64,000 bases of DNA. It comes from an uncultured Acidimicrobiia bacterium. Its GTDB lineage: Bacteria; Acidobacteriota; Terriglobia; Versatilivoradales; Versatilivoraceae. The position numbers were made by a program, and so were the translations under genes. The stretch covers positions 416,001 through 480,000 of the forward strand of contig CAWBAT010000005.1 of NCBI GenBank assembly GCA_963786955.1, given 5' to 3'. This document shows positions 51,400-60,988 of this stretch, piece after piece (the first letter of the stretch is position 1; every line of letters begins with the position of its first letter). A model generated the notes under the pieces. The model did no database searches. It saw only the letters and a program-made list of their open reading frames with translations, and was not told the origin of the DNA.

Positions 51400-52104
51400 C
51401 TAATCCTTTTTTCCTGTAAACCGCATCTGCGGCAAGAGCGGCTTTTTTGACTTCTGATCCACTAGTTCATGGTAATGGAGGAGCGTCGCGATGTCCTTGC
51501 CTCGACGAATCTCCTGGTAGATAGCCTTTTCAACTTTTAAGAGCCGTTGGGCCGTCTCCAAAACGTCTGCCAATAAATGAGTCGGCACGACCACGACCCC
51601 GTCCTCATCTCCGACGACCCAATCGCCAGGTTGAACAACCACCCCTCCGCACGTTATCGGGACATTGATTTCACCCGCATACTCGGCGCCCCCCGCATTG
51701 GGCACAACGCTGCGAGCGAAAACCGGCAGCGCCTCTTTTCTTATTTCGACAAGATCGCGAATCGCTCCATTAATCACTACTCCTGCCAACCCCTTTAGCC
51801 CCGCAGCAATCGTTGTCGCACCACCCCACAGGGCTGTATTCAACTCGCCCTGTCCATCGATCACCAGAACTTTGCCCTTGGGACAGCTAGAAAGAGCGAT
51901 GCCCACCATCAAAATATCTGCCGGGTGGACACTTGCGGTGAAAGCCATCCCCGCCATACGGCTTTGTCGAGACCAGCAACGCATGTCATGATCCATGGCC
52001 CCAGTTTTTCCCATGGCATCGGACAGAATCGCGGTGCCTGCCCTCACCAATTTTTGTCGGACTTGCGATAGGTTCAATAGACTGAAAATATTTTTTTGAA
52101 CCAT
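51400..52104 (-). CDS. RraA / HMG-CHA aldolase family protein
   Basis: TAILSDAM, ALWGG, GVVINGAIRD, CGGVVVQPGDWVVGDEDGVVVVP. Confidence 0.88.
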   Translation of the reverse strand: MVQKNIFSLLNLSQVRQKLVRAGTAILSDAMGKTGAMDHDMRCWSRQSRMAGMAFTASVHPADILMVGIALSSCPKGKVLVIDGQGELNTALWGGATTIAAGLKGLAGVVINGAIRDLVEIRKEALPVFARSVVPNAGGAEYAGEINVPITCGGVVVQPGDWVVGDEDGVVVVPTHLLADVLETAQRLLKVEKAIYQEIRRGKDIATLLHYHELVDQKSKKPLLPQMRFTGKKD

Positions 52105-52185
52105 AGAACGTAGGACCGTATCGATACTTTAGTTAACACCGTGCTTCAGCACGGTGATTGGACTCCAGGCTCGAATTTAAGCGCT

Positions 52186-53277
52186 TCAACTTGAAATCAC
52201 CACCTGGGCTGGATTAATGGCCTTGTACTTTCCCTTCTGACTGGTAATGTCGAAGGCTTCGGGAACTTTTTCGATTCCCTTCAAAACATGAGTGATCACA
52301 GGTTTCAAGCGGACCCGGCCCGTAGCCACCAAGCCAACAGTGTACTCCAAATGGGCCACGGTACTGATATCGGGAAATAGGTAACGAAGGCTCCGCTCTC
52401 GCATCAAGTCAATATCCACCTGCAAGGGAGATCCAAACCAGGAGACACCAATGATTTTACCGCCCGAGCGCACCGAATCGATTGCTTGAAGCAAGGTCTG
52501 CAGCCCGGACAAGCCTTGTTGCGGACTGCCTCCGGCACATTCGAAAACCACGTCAACCCCGTTCCCCTCCGTCATATCCTGAATGACTTCCACCGGATTG
52601 CAGGTCGATGCGTTGATCGAGATATCGGCCCCCAGTTCTTTAGAAACCTGGCAAGCCTCGTCTCTTACATCCACGGTAAAGATTTTGCCCGCCCCGGAAT
52701 TACGGACTACTTGCATACACTCCAGCCCCATACTCCCCTGCCCAAAGATAGCAACTGAATCCCCCATTTGAATGCCGGCAGTCTCGACGGCGGCCACACT
52801 ATCACTGAGCGATTGCAGACACGCCGCTTCACTATCTGAGATTCGGTCATCGACCCTGACCAGGGCAATCTCCGGAAGCAGCGCCAATTCCGAAAAACAG
52901 CCGGGGAGCTGGAATCCAATGATCGGCCCTTTTCGGCACAGGTGACTTCGTTCCGTCATGCAAAGAGGGCAATTCCCGCAGGGGAGTTTGGCCCGCGCGG
53001 CAACTCGCTCTCCCACTCGAAACCGGGACACGCCTTCACCGACTTCCACGATTCTCACACAAAACTCATGGCCAAAGAGCTGGACAGGCGCTTCCGTCTC
53101 CAGCCTTCGTTTGATTTTTTCAAAGGCCAGTGTCCGTATTCCTCGTGCTAGCTGGGCTTCCGTGACACTGGGCTGGACACAGAGTACTTGTGCAACGACG
53201 TGGCCGGGCTTACAAAGGGGTACCGGAATGTCATCCAGTCGCATGTCGTTGAATCCATAAAATCGCCAGGCTTTCAT
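52186..53277 (-). CDS. Zinc-binding (MDR) alcohol/polyol dehydrogenase
   Basis: GHEF, CGNCPLC...C, FGQGSMG, GVDVVFECAG. Confidence 0.88.
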   Translation of the reverse strand: MKAWRFYGFNDMRLDDIPVPLCKPGHVVAQVLCVQPSVTEAQLARGIRTLAFEKIKRRLETEAPVQLFGHEFCVRIVEVGEGVSRFRVGERVAARAKLPCGNCPLCMTERSHLCRKGPIIGFQLPGCFSELALLPEIALVRVDDRISDSEAACLQSLSDSVAAVETAGIQMGDSVAIFGQGSMGLECMQVVRNSGAGKIFTVDVRDEACQVSKELGADISINASTCNPVEVIQDMTEGNGVDVVFECAGGSPQQGLSGLQTLLQAIDSVRSGGKIIGVSWFGSPLQVDIDLMRERSLRYLFPDISTVAHLEYTVGLVATGRVRLKPVITHVLKGIEKVPEAFDITSQKGKYKAINPAQVVISS

Positions 53278-53278
53278 A

Positions 53279-55951
53279 TCATCTCTTTTCCGGCGATGTC
53301 AGTTGCAGCTTGAATGTCTTGATTTCGAATGGATGCAAGTCAAACTGCAGGGTATTATTCTGCACAGCTAAACTTCGGCCAGTCTCTTCAATGAGATTGG
53401 ATTCCTGGGCCGAAGTCACTCCGGTTTGGAGCTTGACCTGAATCCCCGAGGTACTCTTGCCGCCCGCCTCGTACACGCGGAGGATGACACTTCCGTTGGG
53501 ACCCGGTTTCAGCGCGGAAACAACCACATTGGGTTGAGAAACCTCGAGAAGCCCCCAGCGTTTGGGTAACGACCCGGCATGGGAAGTGCTTTTCCGACTC
53601 ATCAAAGGGTGATTAAATTCCCATCCGGCTCGATAGACACCTGCAGACTTCCAATCTCCGGCATGCGGCACCAGCGCGTATTGCAGAGTCAACGTCTTTC
53701 CCAATTCCAACCCGGTGTCTGAAGACATCGCAGGATCGAATCCGGCAACAGGTTGCGAGGCGTATGCTCCAATGGTGGCTGATCGTAACAAGGAAAGCAT
53801 CATCGTCCCATCGGCCATATTATTCCCGGGGAGACCCCGATTGAGCAAGGCCAGCCCTTTTCTTGCGTCTCCATAGTCCATCCAGTTTTGGGCAGGAAAT
53901 TCAATACCAGCCGGTCTGTCAATGGCTCCAAAGGGAATTTCTGCAACATACTGCCCATTCTCGATGGTCGTTGGGAACAGCGCCCGGTAGCGGACAAACT
54001 TTTCATTGTTCAAAATCCGAGTCGTGATATCGATGCGTGGAATCCCCTGATAAAGCCGCACGGACGTGCCATAGTGGCCGGTCCCGAAGGCATGGTTGAC
54101 GCTATATTCCGAATACACCGGGCCGTGCAGGATTCCGCCGCTGCCACCCACTTGTTGATTGCTGAAGGATGCCATACCAGGTTTAGGAGGGAAATGTTGG
54201 GTTTTCATGGCAATATTTCTGCCTCCGTTGAGCCCTCCATATAGTTCCCAGAAATCGCCGCCATCATATTCACGTGCGACCACGTTCCCCGGGCCGGCAA
54301 GGAATTCCGAATTGTCGGACTTCAATTGCAGCCCTGTCATGGCACCCGTCCATAGATTAAAACTAACCCGATAAAACTCATTTTCCATCGAGTCACTATC
54401 TTTCATGGCGGCAGAACTTGTCCAGCGCCGGGTCTCTCGATCCGGCCCATGGAGCTCCGATGTTTCAGCCGACCGGGCAGGAAGATTCGCAACGGCGTGA
54501 TAAACCGCGTACCCCAGGGCAGGGACATCCTTGGCAATGAAAGCTAACTTGACCTGTTTGAGACTGCCGTCCCCACTGCGAACCATGTCGAGAGATTGGA
54601 CAGGAACGTCCTTGCCATCCGGGTCGAACAGTCTAATCGTACGAACCCCGGAATCCGAAAAGAACAAATCGGTCTCCGTAATGTCGGTTCGAGGCCAACC
54701 CAGCGAATTGAAAACGATGATCGGGATGCCGTCCCCTCGGGTATCGATTCTAGAGACAAGCGTTTCAAAACCAGTGTCCACCATCTCGTTTCCCAGCGCC
54801 TGAGAGAATTCAAAGCCCCGGATGGAGTCTTCATAGACTCTGTCGGACATGACCCCCGATGCCAAATCATGAGTCTGATTGAAGATCGTCGGTTCCCAGG
54901 CACGCCACAACATCGCATTGTCAGTCATCGTTCCCAGCCAATTTGAAAGGGCTCCTAACTTTTCTGCCGTGGTCAGGATTCGGGTCAGATTCCTGGTCCA
55001 CTGTTTGACTTCAATTCGGCTGCTGTATATCCCTTGAAAGATCGGATTGAGTTCACCTTTGATAGTGGGCAGGTCATTCCGTTTGGCGACGACAGCCTCA
55101 AAGTCAGAAGGGACTGCCAACTTGACAATAAAAGGGGCATCCTTTTTCTTATTGAATTCCTCGACGAAAGCAGGAATATGCTCCTCAGGCACAGAAACAT
55201 CCGCTCCGGCCAAACCAACCCGGTTGGGACCTCGTGAGAAAGGGGTAAGTAAAGCAAAACGACTCTTCAGAAAATCTGAAAACTCAGGAAATGTCCCCGG
55301 CGATCCGTAGAAAAGGCCATAGCCCGCAGGAAGCCAAAAAGAGGAGATCTTCGTACCGTCCAGTCCTTCCCAGAAAAACTCGGAAGGGACATCGAGGCTC
55401 GATACGCCCCGGAAAAACCAGAAGGAATTGAATCCAGCCAGTTTCAACAGTTGCGGCATTTGTGCGTTATGCCCAAAGGTATCCAGCAACCAGGATGTCG
55501 TGATGTCGACCCCCAGTTTGTCATGACAATATCCCTTGCCATAAAGCATGTTGCGGACAAACAGTTCGCCAGGCGGCATGTTATCGTCCGGCATGTTATC
55601 CATCCCGCCGACCAGTTGCAGCCTGCCTTCAGCAATGAATTTTCGGAATGAAGCTTCTTCTTCCGGGTATCGCTCCAGAAAAGGTTTGAAGTAGGCCACC
55701 TGGTCCAGAGTGAACTTGTAGTTGGGGTAAGTCTTCAGCATATTGAGGGCACGAGCAATATTCACGAGTCCCGACTGGAGGTAGTCCTCGCGCGTAATAA
55801 AGACGGCACCCTCCCAATGCGTGTGCGGGACAAAGTAAAGGGTGTCCTTTGGAGCGGACGCTTGCGGGAAAGCAACCTGGAATTCACCGGCGGACAAAAA
55901 AAACAAAATCATGATCAGACCGATCAAAATTATCGAACGCTTTTCGATCAT
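53279..55951 (-). CDS. Exported glycoside hydrolase family 38 (alpha-mannosidase-like)
   Basis: FVPHTHWE, WLLDTFGHNAQMPQ, SEFFWEGLDGT, NQTHD, LSLLRS, PFEIKT. Confidence 0.9.
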   Translation of the reverse strand: MIEKRSIILIGLIMILFFLSAGEFQVAFPQASAPKDTLYFVPHTHWEGAVFITREDYLQSGLVNIARALNMLKTYPNYKFTLDQVAYFKPFLERYPEEEASFRKFIAEGRLQLVGGMDNMPDDNMPPGELFVRNMLYGKGYCHDKLGVDITTSWLLDTFGHNAQMPQLLKLAGFNSFWFFRGVSSLDVPSEFFWEGLDGTKISSFWLPAGYGLFYGSPGTFPEFSDFLKSRFALLTPFSRGPNRVGLAGADVSVPEEHIPAFVEEFNKKKDAPFIVKLAVPSDFEAVVAKRNDLPTIKGELNPIFQGIYSSRIEVKQWTRNLTRILTTAEKLGALSNWLGTMTDNAMLWRAWEPTIFNQTHDLASGVMSDRVYEDSIRGFEFSQALGNEMVDTGFETLVSRIDTRGDGIPIIVFNSLGWPRTDITETDLFFSDSGVRTIRLFDPDGKDVPVQSLDMVRSGDGSLKQVKLAFIAKDVPALGYAVYHAVANLPARSAETSELHGPDRETRRWTSSAAMKDSDSMENEFYRVSFNLWTGAMTGLQLKSDNSEFLAGPGNVVAREYDGGDFWELYGGLNGGRNIAMKTQHFPPKPGMASFSNQQVGGSGGILHGPVYSEYSVNHAFGTGHYGTSVRLYQGIPRIDITTRILNNEKFVRYRALFPTTIENGQYVAEIPFGAIDRPAGIEFPAQNWMDYGDARKGLALLNRGLPGNNMADGTMMLSLLRSATIGAYASQPVAGFDPAMSSDTGLELGKTLTLQYALVPHAGDWKSAGVYRAGWEFNHPLMSRKSTSHAGSLPKRWGLLEVSQPNVVVSALKPGPNGSVILRVYEAGGKSTSGIQVKLQTGVTSAQESNLIEETGRSLAVQNNTLQFDLHPFEIKTFKLQLTSPEKR

Positions 55952-56188
55952 TGTACCCTCTCTCTTTCGTGATCAGACGGTCACGACATAAAATGGCCTC
56001 AGAGTTCTTACGCTTTAGAATTTTCTCTGCAAGGCCCTACGACCATTGATTTGATTAATGACTCGATGCCAACGCTGATTTCCTCAGCGGGATAGCGGGG
56101 CAGCAAACCACCCTCTTTACACCTGAGAGAAACCAGGGGTGAAGTCAAGCGGCTACGAACGGCCTGCCATTTCATTCAACACAAAACA

Positions 56189-56737
56189 CTAATTCTCCGC
56201 TATAACTGGCAGTCGCTGAATTCTAGGGTCTGTGAAGTAATCGGCTTCGTCGGTGCTGCGTGTTGAGAATTCCGAGATCACGGCTCCTTCTGCCCCTGCC
56301 TGGAACCAATGAAGTGTATCCGGCATGAGCGTGTATTGATCCCCGGGTTTCAGGCAAATCTCTTTCCACACGGTGTAATGGGCTTCTGAACCCTGGGGTG
56401 GACGACAGGCCGGGTTTCCGGCGGGCTTCCCCGAAACGTAGAGGTAGACGGTGCCCCACCGGCAACGAAAGGTTTCTTCTTTGCCCAAGGCTTTTCCGAC
56501 CGTGGGATGCCGGTGTTCGGGACAAGTTTGGTAGGGGGTCATGACGAGCTCTTTAGCACAGCAGCGATCGGTATTGATATAGGTCAGGATTTGCAGACCT
56601 GTCTTGTTCAGTTCCTGGAGCCCAAAATCTGCAACTTCCAACCGCCCGCGCTCTTCCTCCGTAATGACAATTCCGGCTTGCTTGAGCATCCTGGCCGTCG
56701 TCTCGACAGCTTGCTGGTATTGTTCCGCCGTAATCAT
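56189..56737 (-). CDS. D-lyxose/D-mannose family sugar isomerase (cupin)
   Basis: ADFGL, QTCPEHRHP, GKEETFRCRWG, HWFQAG, SEFST; GGAGG RBS. Confidence 0.9.
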   Translation of the reverse strand: MITAEQYQQAVETTARMLKQAGIVITEEERGRLEVADFGLQELNKTGLQILTYINTDRCCAKELVMTPYQTCPEHRHPTVGKALGKEETFRCRWGTVYLYVSGKPAGNPACRPPQGSEAHYTVWKEICLKPGDQYTLMPDTLHWFQAGAEGAVISEFSTRSTDEADYFTDPRIQRLPVIAEN

Positions 56738-56791
56738 GATGGTGCCTCCCATTGGGGTTATTTGATCAGAGCAGTCCAAGAAACGCCTGCA

Positions 56792-57688
56792 TTAGGTTCT
56801 TACCGATTTGCCCGCGTACCCGTACTGGAGTATGAGCTCTTTGGCCTTACTCTTAACTGCTTCGCGTCCAGCCACCAGGATATCTTCTTCACCTCCCATT
56901 CCCAAAAAGAAATGGGGGTTCATGGGCATCTTGTAAGTAGATAGACTCTTTGCAATGGCAGCCAGGTAAGCTTGCTTGAGGGCTGTTCCAAAATTGAACT
57001 TAGCGACTCCCAGGCCGATGACCTCACTGGCCGACTCCGCCGGAAATCCTGTACCCCCGTGGATTACCAGGGGTACTTTGACTTCGGCCTGGATCCGCTG
57101 CAAGGCTTCAATGTTTACCGGAGATTTCCCCTTCGTCAGGATATGGACGTTCCCAATCGAAACCGAAAGCGCATCCACGCCTGTCTCGTCGACAAAGGAA
57201 CGGGCTAGCCGCGGATCCGTCAAGATACCTTCTTCGTAAGGACCTTCCCAACCATTCGGGAGTTCCCCAATTTGTCCTTCCACGAAAACCCCACGAGCAT
57301 GAGCCAGGGCAACCACTTTTCTGACGAGTGCCCGGTAATCTTCATAGCTCAAATAATGACTCTCCACCATGACCGCATTGAAGCCTAGCTCGATCCCCTT
57401 CTGAATCTGATCATAGTCATCCGATTCATTGAGCAGGAACGAAACCGGTACGGTAGATTCCCCAATGGCCAACCCCATGCCGGCGTAAAAGGCCAGCGTC
57501 TCCGGCTTGGAGCGCGATTCATGCATCAGAAATCCCCCGTTAAAGCCAACAATAATCGGGGATTTCAGCTCTTCAGCCGCTTCCAAGACCGCTTGGAAAG
57601 ACTCTAAATTCCATGACTCACAATAACAAACCGCATAGCCTCCACGCTTTGCGTCGGCCAGCATCTGGCTCATGGGTACAAGTGCCAT
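56792..57688 (-). CDS. Class II ketose-bisphosphate aldolase
   Basis: AKRGGYAV, VEGQIG, TGVDALSVSIGNVH, PLVIHGGTG, GVAKFNFGT; the usual HLDH is replaced by LLNE. Confidence 0.88.
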   Translation of the reverse strand: MALVPMSQMLADAKRGGYAVCYCESWNLESFQAVLEAAEELKSPIIVGFNGGFLMHESRSKPETLAFYAGMGLAIGESTVPVSFLLNESDDYDQIQKGIELGFNAVMVESHYLSYEDYRALVRKVVALAHARGVFVEGQIGELPNGWEGPYEEGILTDPRLARSFVDETGVDALSVSIGNVHILTKGKSPVNIEALQRIQAEVKVPLVIHGGTGFPAESASEVIGLGVAKFNFGTALKQAYLAAIAKSLSTYKMPMNPHFFLGMGGEEDILVAGREAVKSKAKELILQYGYAGKSVRT

Positions 57689-57783
57689 CCTGCCTCCACC
57701 CTTCTTTATGCAAACGAAGTCCCGCAGTCTTGCCTTCTCTGGCCTCGCTCACACACTAATTGGTATTGCCGATTTCGTTGAAC

Positions 57784-57862
57784 TGAACTAATTTCAAATT
57801 CGTTACTAGGAAAGTGAATTTTAGTCAACTTCATTTTGAGCGAGCACTGCCAGCCCTGTCAA
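57784..57862 (-). promoter_or_regulatory. Operon promoter (TTGACA-N18-CAAAAT) with two TGA-N7-TCA boxes, candidate RpiR operators
   Basis: TGAACTAATTTCA at 57784-57796 and TGAATTTTAGTCA at 57815-57827, downstream of the -10. Confidence 0.45.
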
Positions 57863-57889
57863 CACCTTTTTCGACACACCTTTTTCGAC
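57862..57889. repeat. 14-bp tandem duplication
   Basis: ACACCTTTTTCGAC x2, immediately upstream of the -35. Confidence 0.7.
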
Positions 57890-57915
57890 TCCTCTTAACC
57901 CGCGGCAGTTCCCAT

Positions 57916-59589
57916 TCAATCGGGTTCTTCCACAACCAGAAATTGATCTGATTTCAGCTTCACTCTCTTTTCAACTTTTCCTGAAGGCCATCGTATCTCA
58001 AGCTCATTGACAAGGCTTGCTCCTCCCAATCCAAAATGCACCCTCAAGTCGCTGGTCGAGGCATAGCTCTGGCCCGCCTGGATTTCCCGGGTTTGCTGCA
58101 GGGTTCCGATTCTGGCGATCAGACGGGTGCCGAGGGCCAAACGATTGCTGGTTCGGCCGATGCAATGCACCATCAGCCAGTGATTGCGATTCCCACCGTC
58201 ATTGCGAAGTAATATGGGAGGACCATCTTGGTTATTGATCAGCAGATCCAGGTCACCATCATGATCAATATCTCCGTATGCTAATCCACGGCTATTCGCC
58301 GGTTGGTTCACGGCCGACCCCCAGTCCGCGCTGGACTCCTTAAACATTCTACCTTGGAGGTTCATAAAAATCAGTGGGTGTTGCCGATATTTGAGCCCCA
58401 TATCAAATCGGTCTGCCTCTGGATACAAGTGACCATTCACAACAAAGATATCTTCCCAACCATCGTTATCCAAGTCGGCAAAGACATTTCCCCAACCCAC
58501 GTAGAGCCAGGTGGACTCTCCGTGTCCCAACTCGTAGCTTTTGAGAGAAAAAGTTCCGTTCTTGTTGTTCACGCACAACTGATTGGTTTCGTAAGAAGAA
58601 TTGGTGTAGTAAAGATCCGGCCAGCCGTCATTGTTGAAATCCCCGAAACTACCGCCCATTGTACCTTCTTCTACCCCGTTTTCATCAAAGGCGATGCCAG
58701 CCGACACCCCCACCTCTTCAAACTTGCCCTTCCCCAGGTTATGATAAAGAAGGTTAGGCGTGAGGTCATTCGCGACAAAGATGTCCGGCCAGCCGTCATT
58801 GTCGTAATCGGCGATGGCCGTTCCCATCCCGTAGAGCGATTCCGGATCGATGTTTCGTTCGGCCGAAACATCCTTGAAATGTCCTTTCCCGTCATTAATG
58901 TATAGGGCATCCCGCGAACCGGGCAGTCCGCGGGGACCACAAAAGACGTCGAATCCGCGATAGCTACAGGGTGCCGATCGTTGCGGTAAGTTTTCTAGAT
59001 CGTAAACAAGATAGTTGGCGACGTAGAGGTCGAGGTCGCCGTCATGATCCACGTCTGCGAAGGACGCCCCCACGCTCCAACGGGGATCTTCCAGGCCAGC
59101 GTTGCGCGCGATTTCTTCAAATTTACCATCCCCCATGTTATGGAAAAGCTTATTGGGTCCGTAGCAGGTAATATAAATGTCCTCCCTTCCGTCATTATCG
59201 ATGTCGCCTACGGCCACCCCCATTCCCCAGCCCCGGGCCGTAATCCCAGCGGCAGCTGTTACTTCCTGAAAATGACCGTGGCCGTCACCTCGATACAGGG
59301 CACAGACTACGTCCCCACCACCATGCATAAAGTGTTCCACGGTTGATCCCCGGACCAATAACAGGTCGAGATTCCCATCGTTGTCATAATCTAGGAATGC
59401 GGCTCCGCCCCCCATGGTTTCGATGATGTGCTTCTTGGTGATTCCTCCCTGTACGTTCTTGAAGCCGGCAATTCCCGATTCTCGTGTGATATCCACCAGT
59501 ACAGGCTTTTTCGATTGAGCCAAAGGGTTGATGAAGATCAAGCAGAAAAGTGACAAAACACAGGCAGTTTGAAACTTAAGGAATTTCAT
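57916..59589 (-). CDS. CRTAC1-family protein (FG-GAP repeats + ASPIC/UnbV)
   Basis: ETMGGGAAFLDYDNDG, repeated DxDNDG..D motifs, C-terminal HFGLG..EIRWPSG. Confidence 0.9.
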   Translation of the reverse strand: MKFLKFQTACVLSLFCLIFINPLAQSKKPVLVDITRESGIAGFKNVQGGITKKHIIETMGGGAAFLDYDNDGNLDLLLVRGSTVEHFMHGGGDVVCALYRGDGHGHFQEVTAAAGITARGWGMGVAVGDIDNDGREDIYITCYGPNKLFHNMGDGKFEEIARNAGLEDPRWSVGASFADVDHDGDLDLYVANYLVYDLENLPQRSAPCSYRGFDVFCGPRGLPGSRDALYINDGKGHFKDVSAERNIDPESLYGMGTAIADYDNDGWPDIFVANDLTPNLLYHNLGKGKFEEVGVSAGIAFDENGVEEGTMGGSFGDFNNDGWPDLYYTNSSYETNQLCVNNKNGTFSLKSYELGHGESTWLYVGWGNVFADLDNDGWEDIFVVNGHLYPEADRFDMGLKYRQHPLIFMNLQGRMFKESSADWGSAVNQPANSRGLAYGDIDHDGDLDLLINNQDGPPILLRNDGGNRNHWLMVHCIGRTSNRLALGTRLIARIGTLQQTREIQAGQSYASTSDLRVHFGLGGASLVNELEIRWPSGKVEKRVKLKSDQFLVVEEPD

Positions 59590-59770
59590 TTTACATTCAG
59601 CAAGTGCTTCTAGCCTTCGCGGAAACAGTCCGGCCAGCCGGAAAGAAGGATTCACAGCCTCTGTGCAAGGGATTGTCCAGGAGCGGGCTTCGCCAGCGTA
59701 AAGTTGCCTTGTTCTGTGAGTGGTAAAATGTTAGCCTCAAAGTTCGAGTCGCATATCCGAGGTCCGTTCC

Positions 59771-60691
59771 GTGAGATTCAATCAAGGTTCTCATGATTTC
59801 AAAGGTGAGTCTAGCCCGATCCAACTTCAACACGATTCCCATCAACGTCCCCTGCTCGTTTACATTCAGGCAACTCTCCCTTCGCTAAAACCAACAGAGC
59901 GGCAAATCGGCGAATACATCCTGCAAGACCCGGAACGGGTCCTTTCCTCTTCCATCTCCGAAATCAGGAGAGGATGCGGCGCCAGCGTCGGATCCATCGT
60001 GGGGTTTTGTAGAACCCTCGGCGTGAAAGGCTTTGCGGAATTCAAGATTACCCTGGCCCGAGAACTCGCTCAAGGGGGATTCTCCGCCCCGCCGAAAACG
60101 CTGGACGGCCAAGCCGGCCCTTCTCTATTTGAAAGCGTCTTTCAATTTCACGACCAAAGCCTGAAAGATACCTTTCAGTTGAATAGCGCGGAGACCCTGC
60201 AGAAAGCTTCCCGGATGCTGGAGCTTGCACGGCGGATTGAATTTTTTTCAATCGGAATGTCTTATCCCGTTGCCTATACGGCGTGTCATAAACTGCGCTT
60301 GATCGGCCTGCCGGCCTCTACTCAGTCTGACTCCCATCTGCAGTTATTAGCAGCCACCCAGCTTCAGAAAGGAGATGTGGCCTTTGCGATCTCCTGCTCT
60401 GGGAACACCAAGGAAACCGTCGATTGCCTGCAAACCGCGCGGCATCATAAAGCGGCCACGCTCTGCCTCACGAACTGCATGAAATCCCCCATTACCGCCC
60501 ACGCCGATGTCGTGCTCTATGCCGCGCCGAGCGAGGTGAAATACTTTCAAGCGCCCCTGGCCTCCCGCGTCACTCAATTGGCTCTGGTCGACGCGCTTTT
60601 TGTATCCATTGCCCTTCGGAGAAAGAACAAGACCACCCTGTATCTACAGAAGGCAGGCGAAAAACTGCTGCAGCATAAATTCCGAAAATAG
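59771..60691 (+). CDS. MurR/RpiR family transcriptional regulator
   Basis: LKPTERQIGEYIL...FCRTLGVKGFAEFK HTH; SIS domain ISCSGNT. Confidence 0.92.
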   Translation: MRFNQGSHDFKGESSPIQLQHDSHQRPLLVYIQATLPSLKPTERQIGEYILQDPERVLSSSISEIRRGCGASVGSIVGFCRTLGVKGFAEFKITLARELAQGGFSAPPKTLDGQAGPSLFESVFQFHDQSLKDTFQLNSAETLQKASRMLELARRIEFFSIGMSYPVAYTACHKLRLIGLPASTQSDSHLQLLAATQLQKGDVAFAISCSGNTKETVDCLQTARHHKAATLCLTNCMKSPITAHADVVLYAAPSEVKYFQAPLASRVTQLALVDALFVSIALRRKNKTTLYLQKAGEKLLQHKFRK

Positions 60692-60693
60692 CT

Positions 60694-60828
60694 CTTAGTA
60701 CTGCCTTTCATAAATACGGTGACGTTAACGCCGGGTCGGTGACCCGGCCTACAAAGTTGTAGGCCGCGTGACCCCACGCGGCGCCTATCCTAAGATACGT
60801 CACCGCAATTACGAATAGCAGTACTAAG
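60694..60828. mobile_element. MITE-like element with about 32-bp terminal inverted repeats and an internal REP pair
   Basis: Left CTTAGTACTGCCTTTCATAAATACGGTGACGT vs right end (reverse complement) CTTAGTACTGCTATTCGTAATTGCGGTGACGT; internal CCGGCCTACA aagt TGTAGGCCG. Confidence 0.7.
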
Positions 60829-60988
60829 CAAGGAGTAGGACGAGGCCTCTTAACCTATCGAGTTGGAGGGCGGAGCTCCGCAATGGGGGATTCCTCTTTA
60901 TAGGCCTGGCTTTTGCTGCACACCGGATCATCCGAGGGAACTGGCAACGAGTGGGAGATTCTCAACGATGAACAGAACGGCGAATGGC

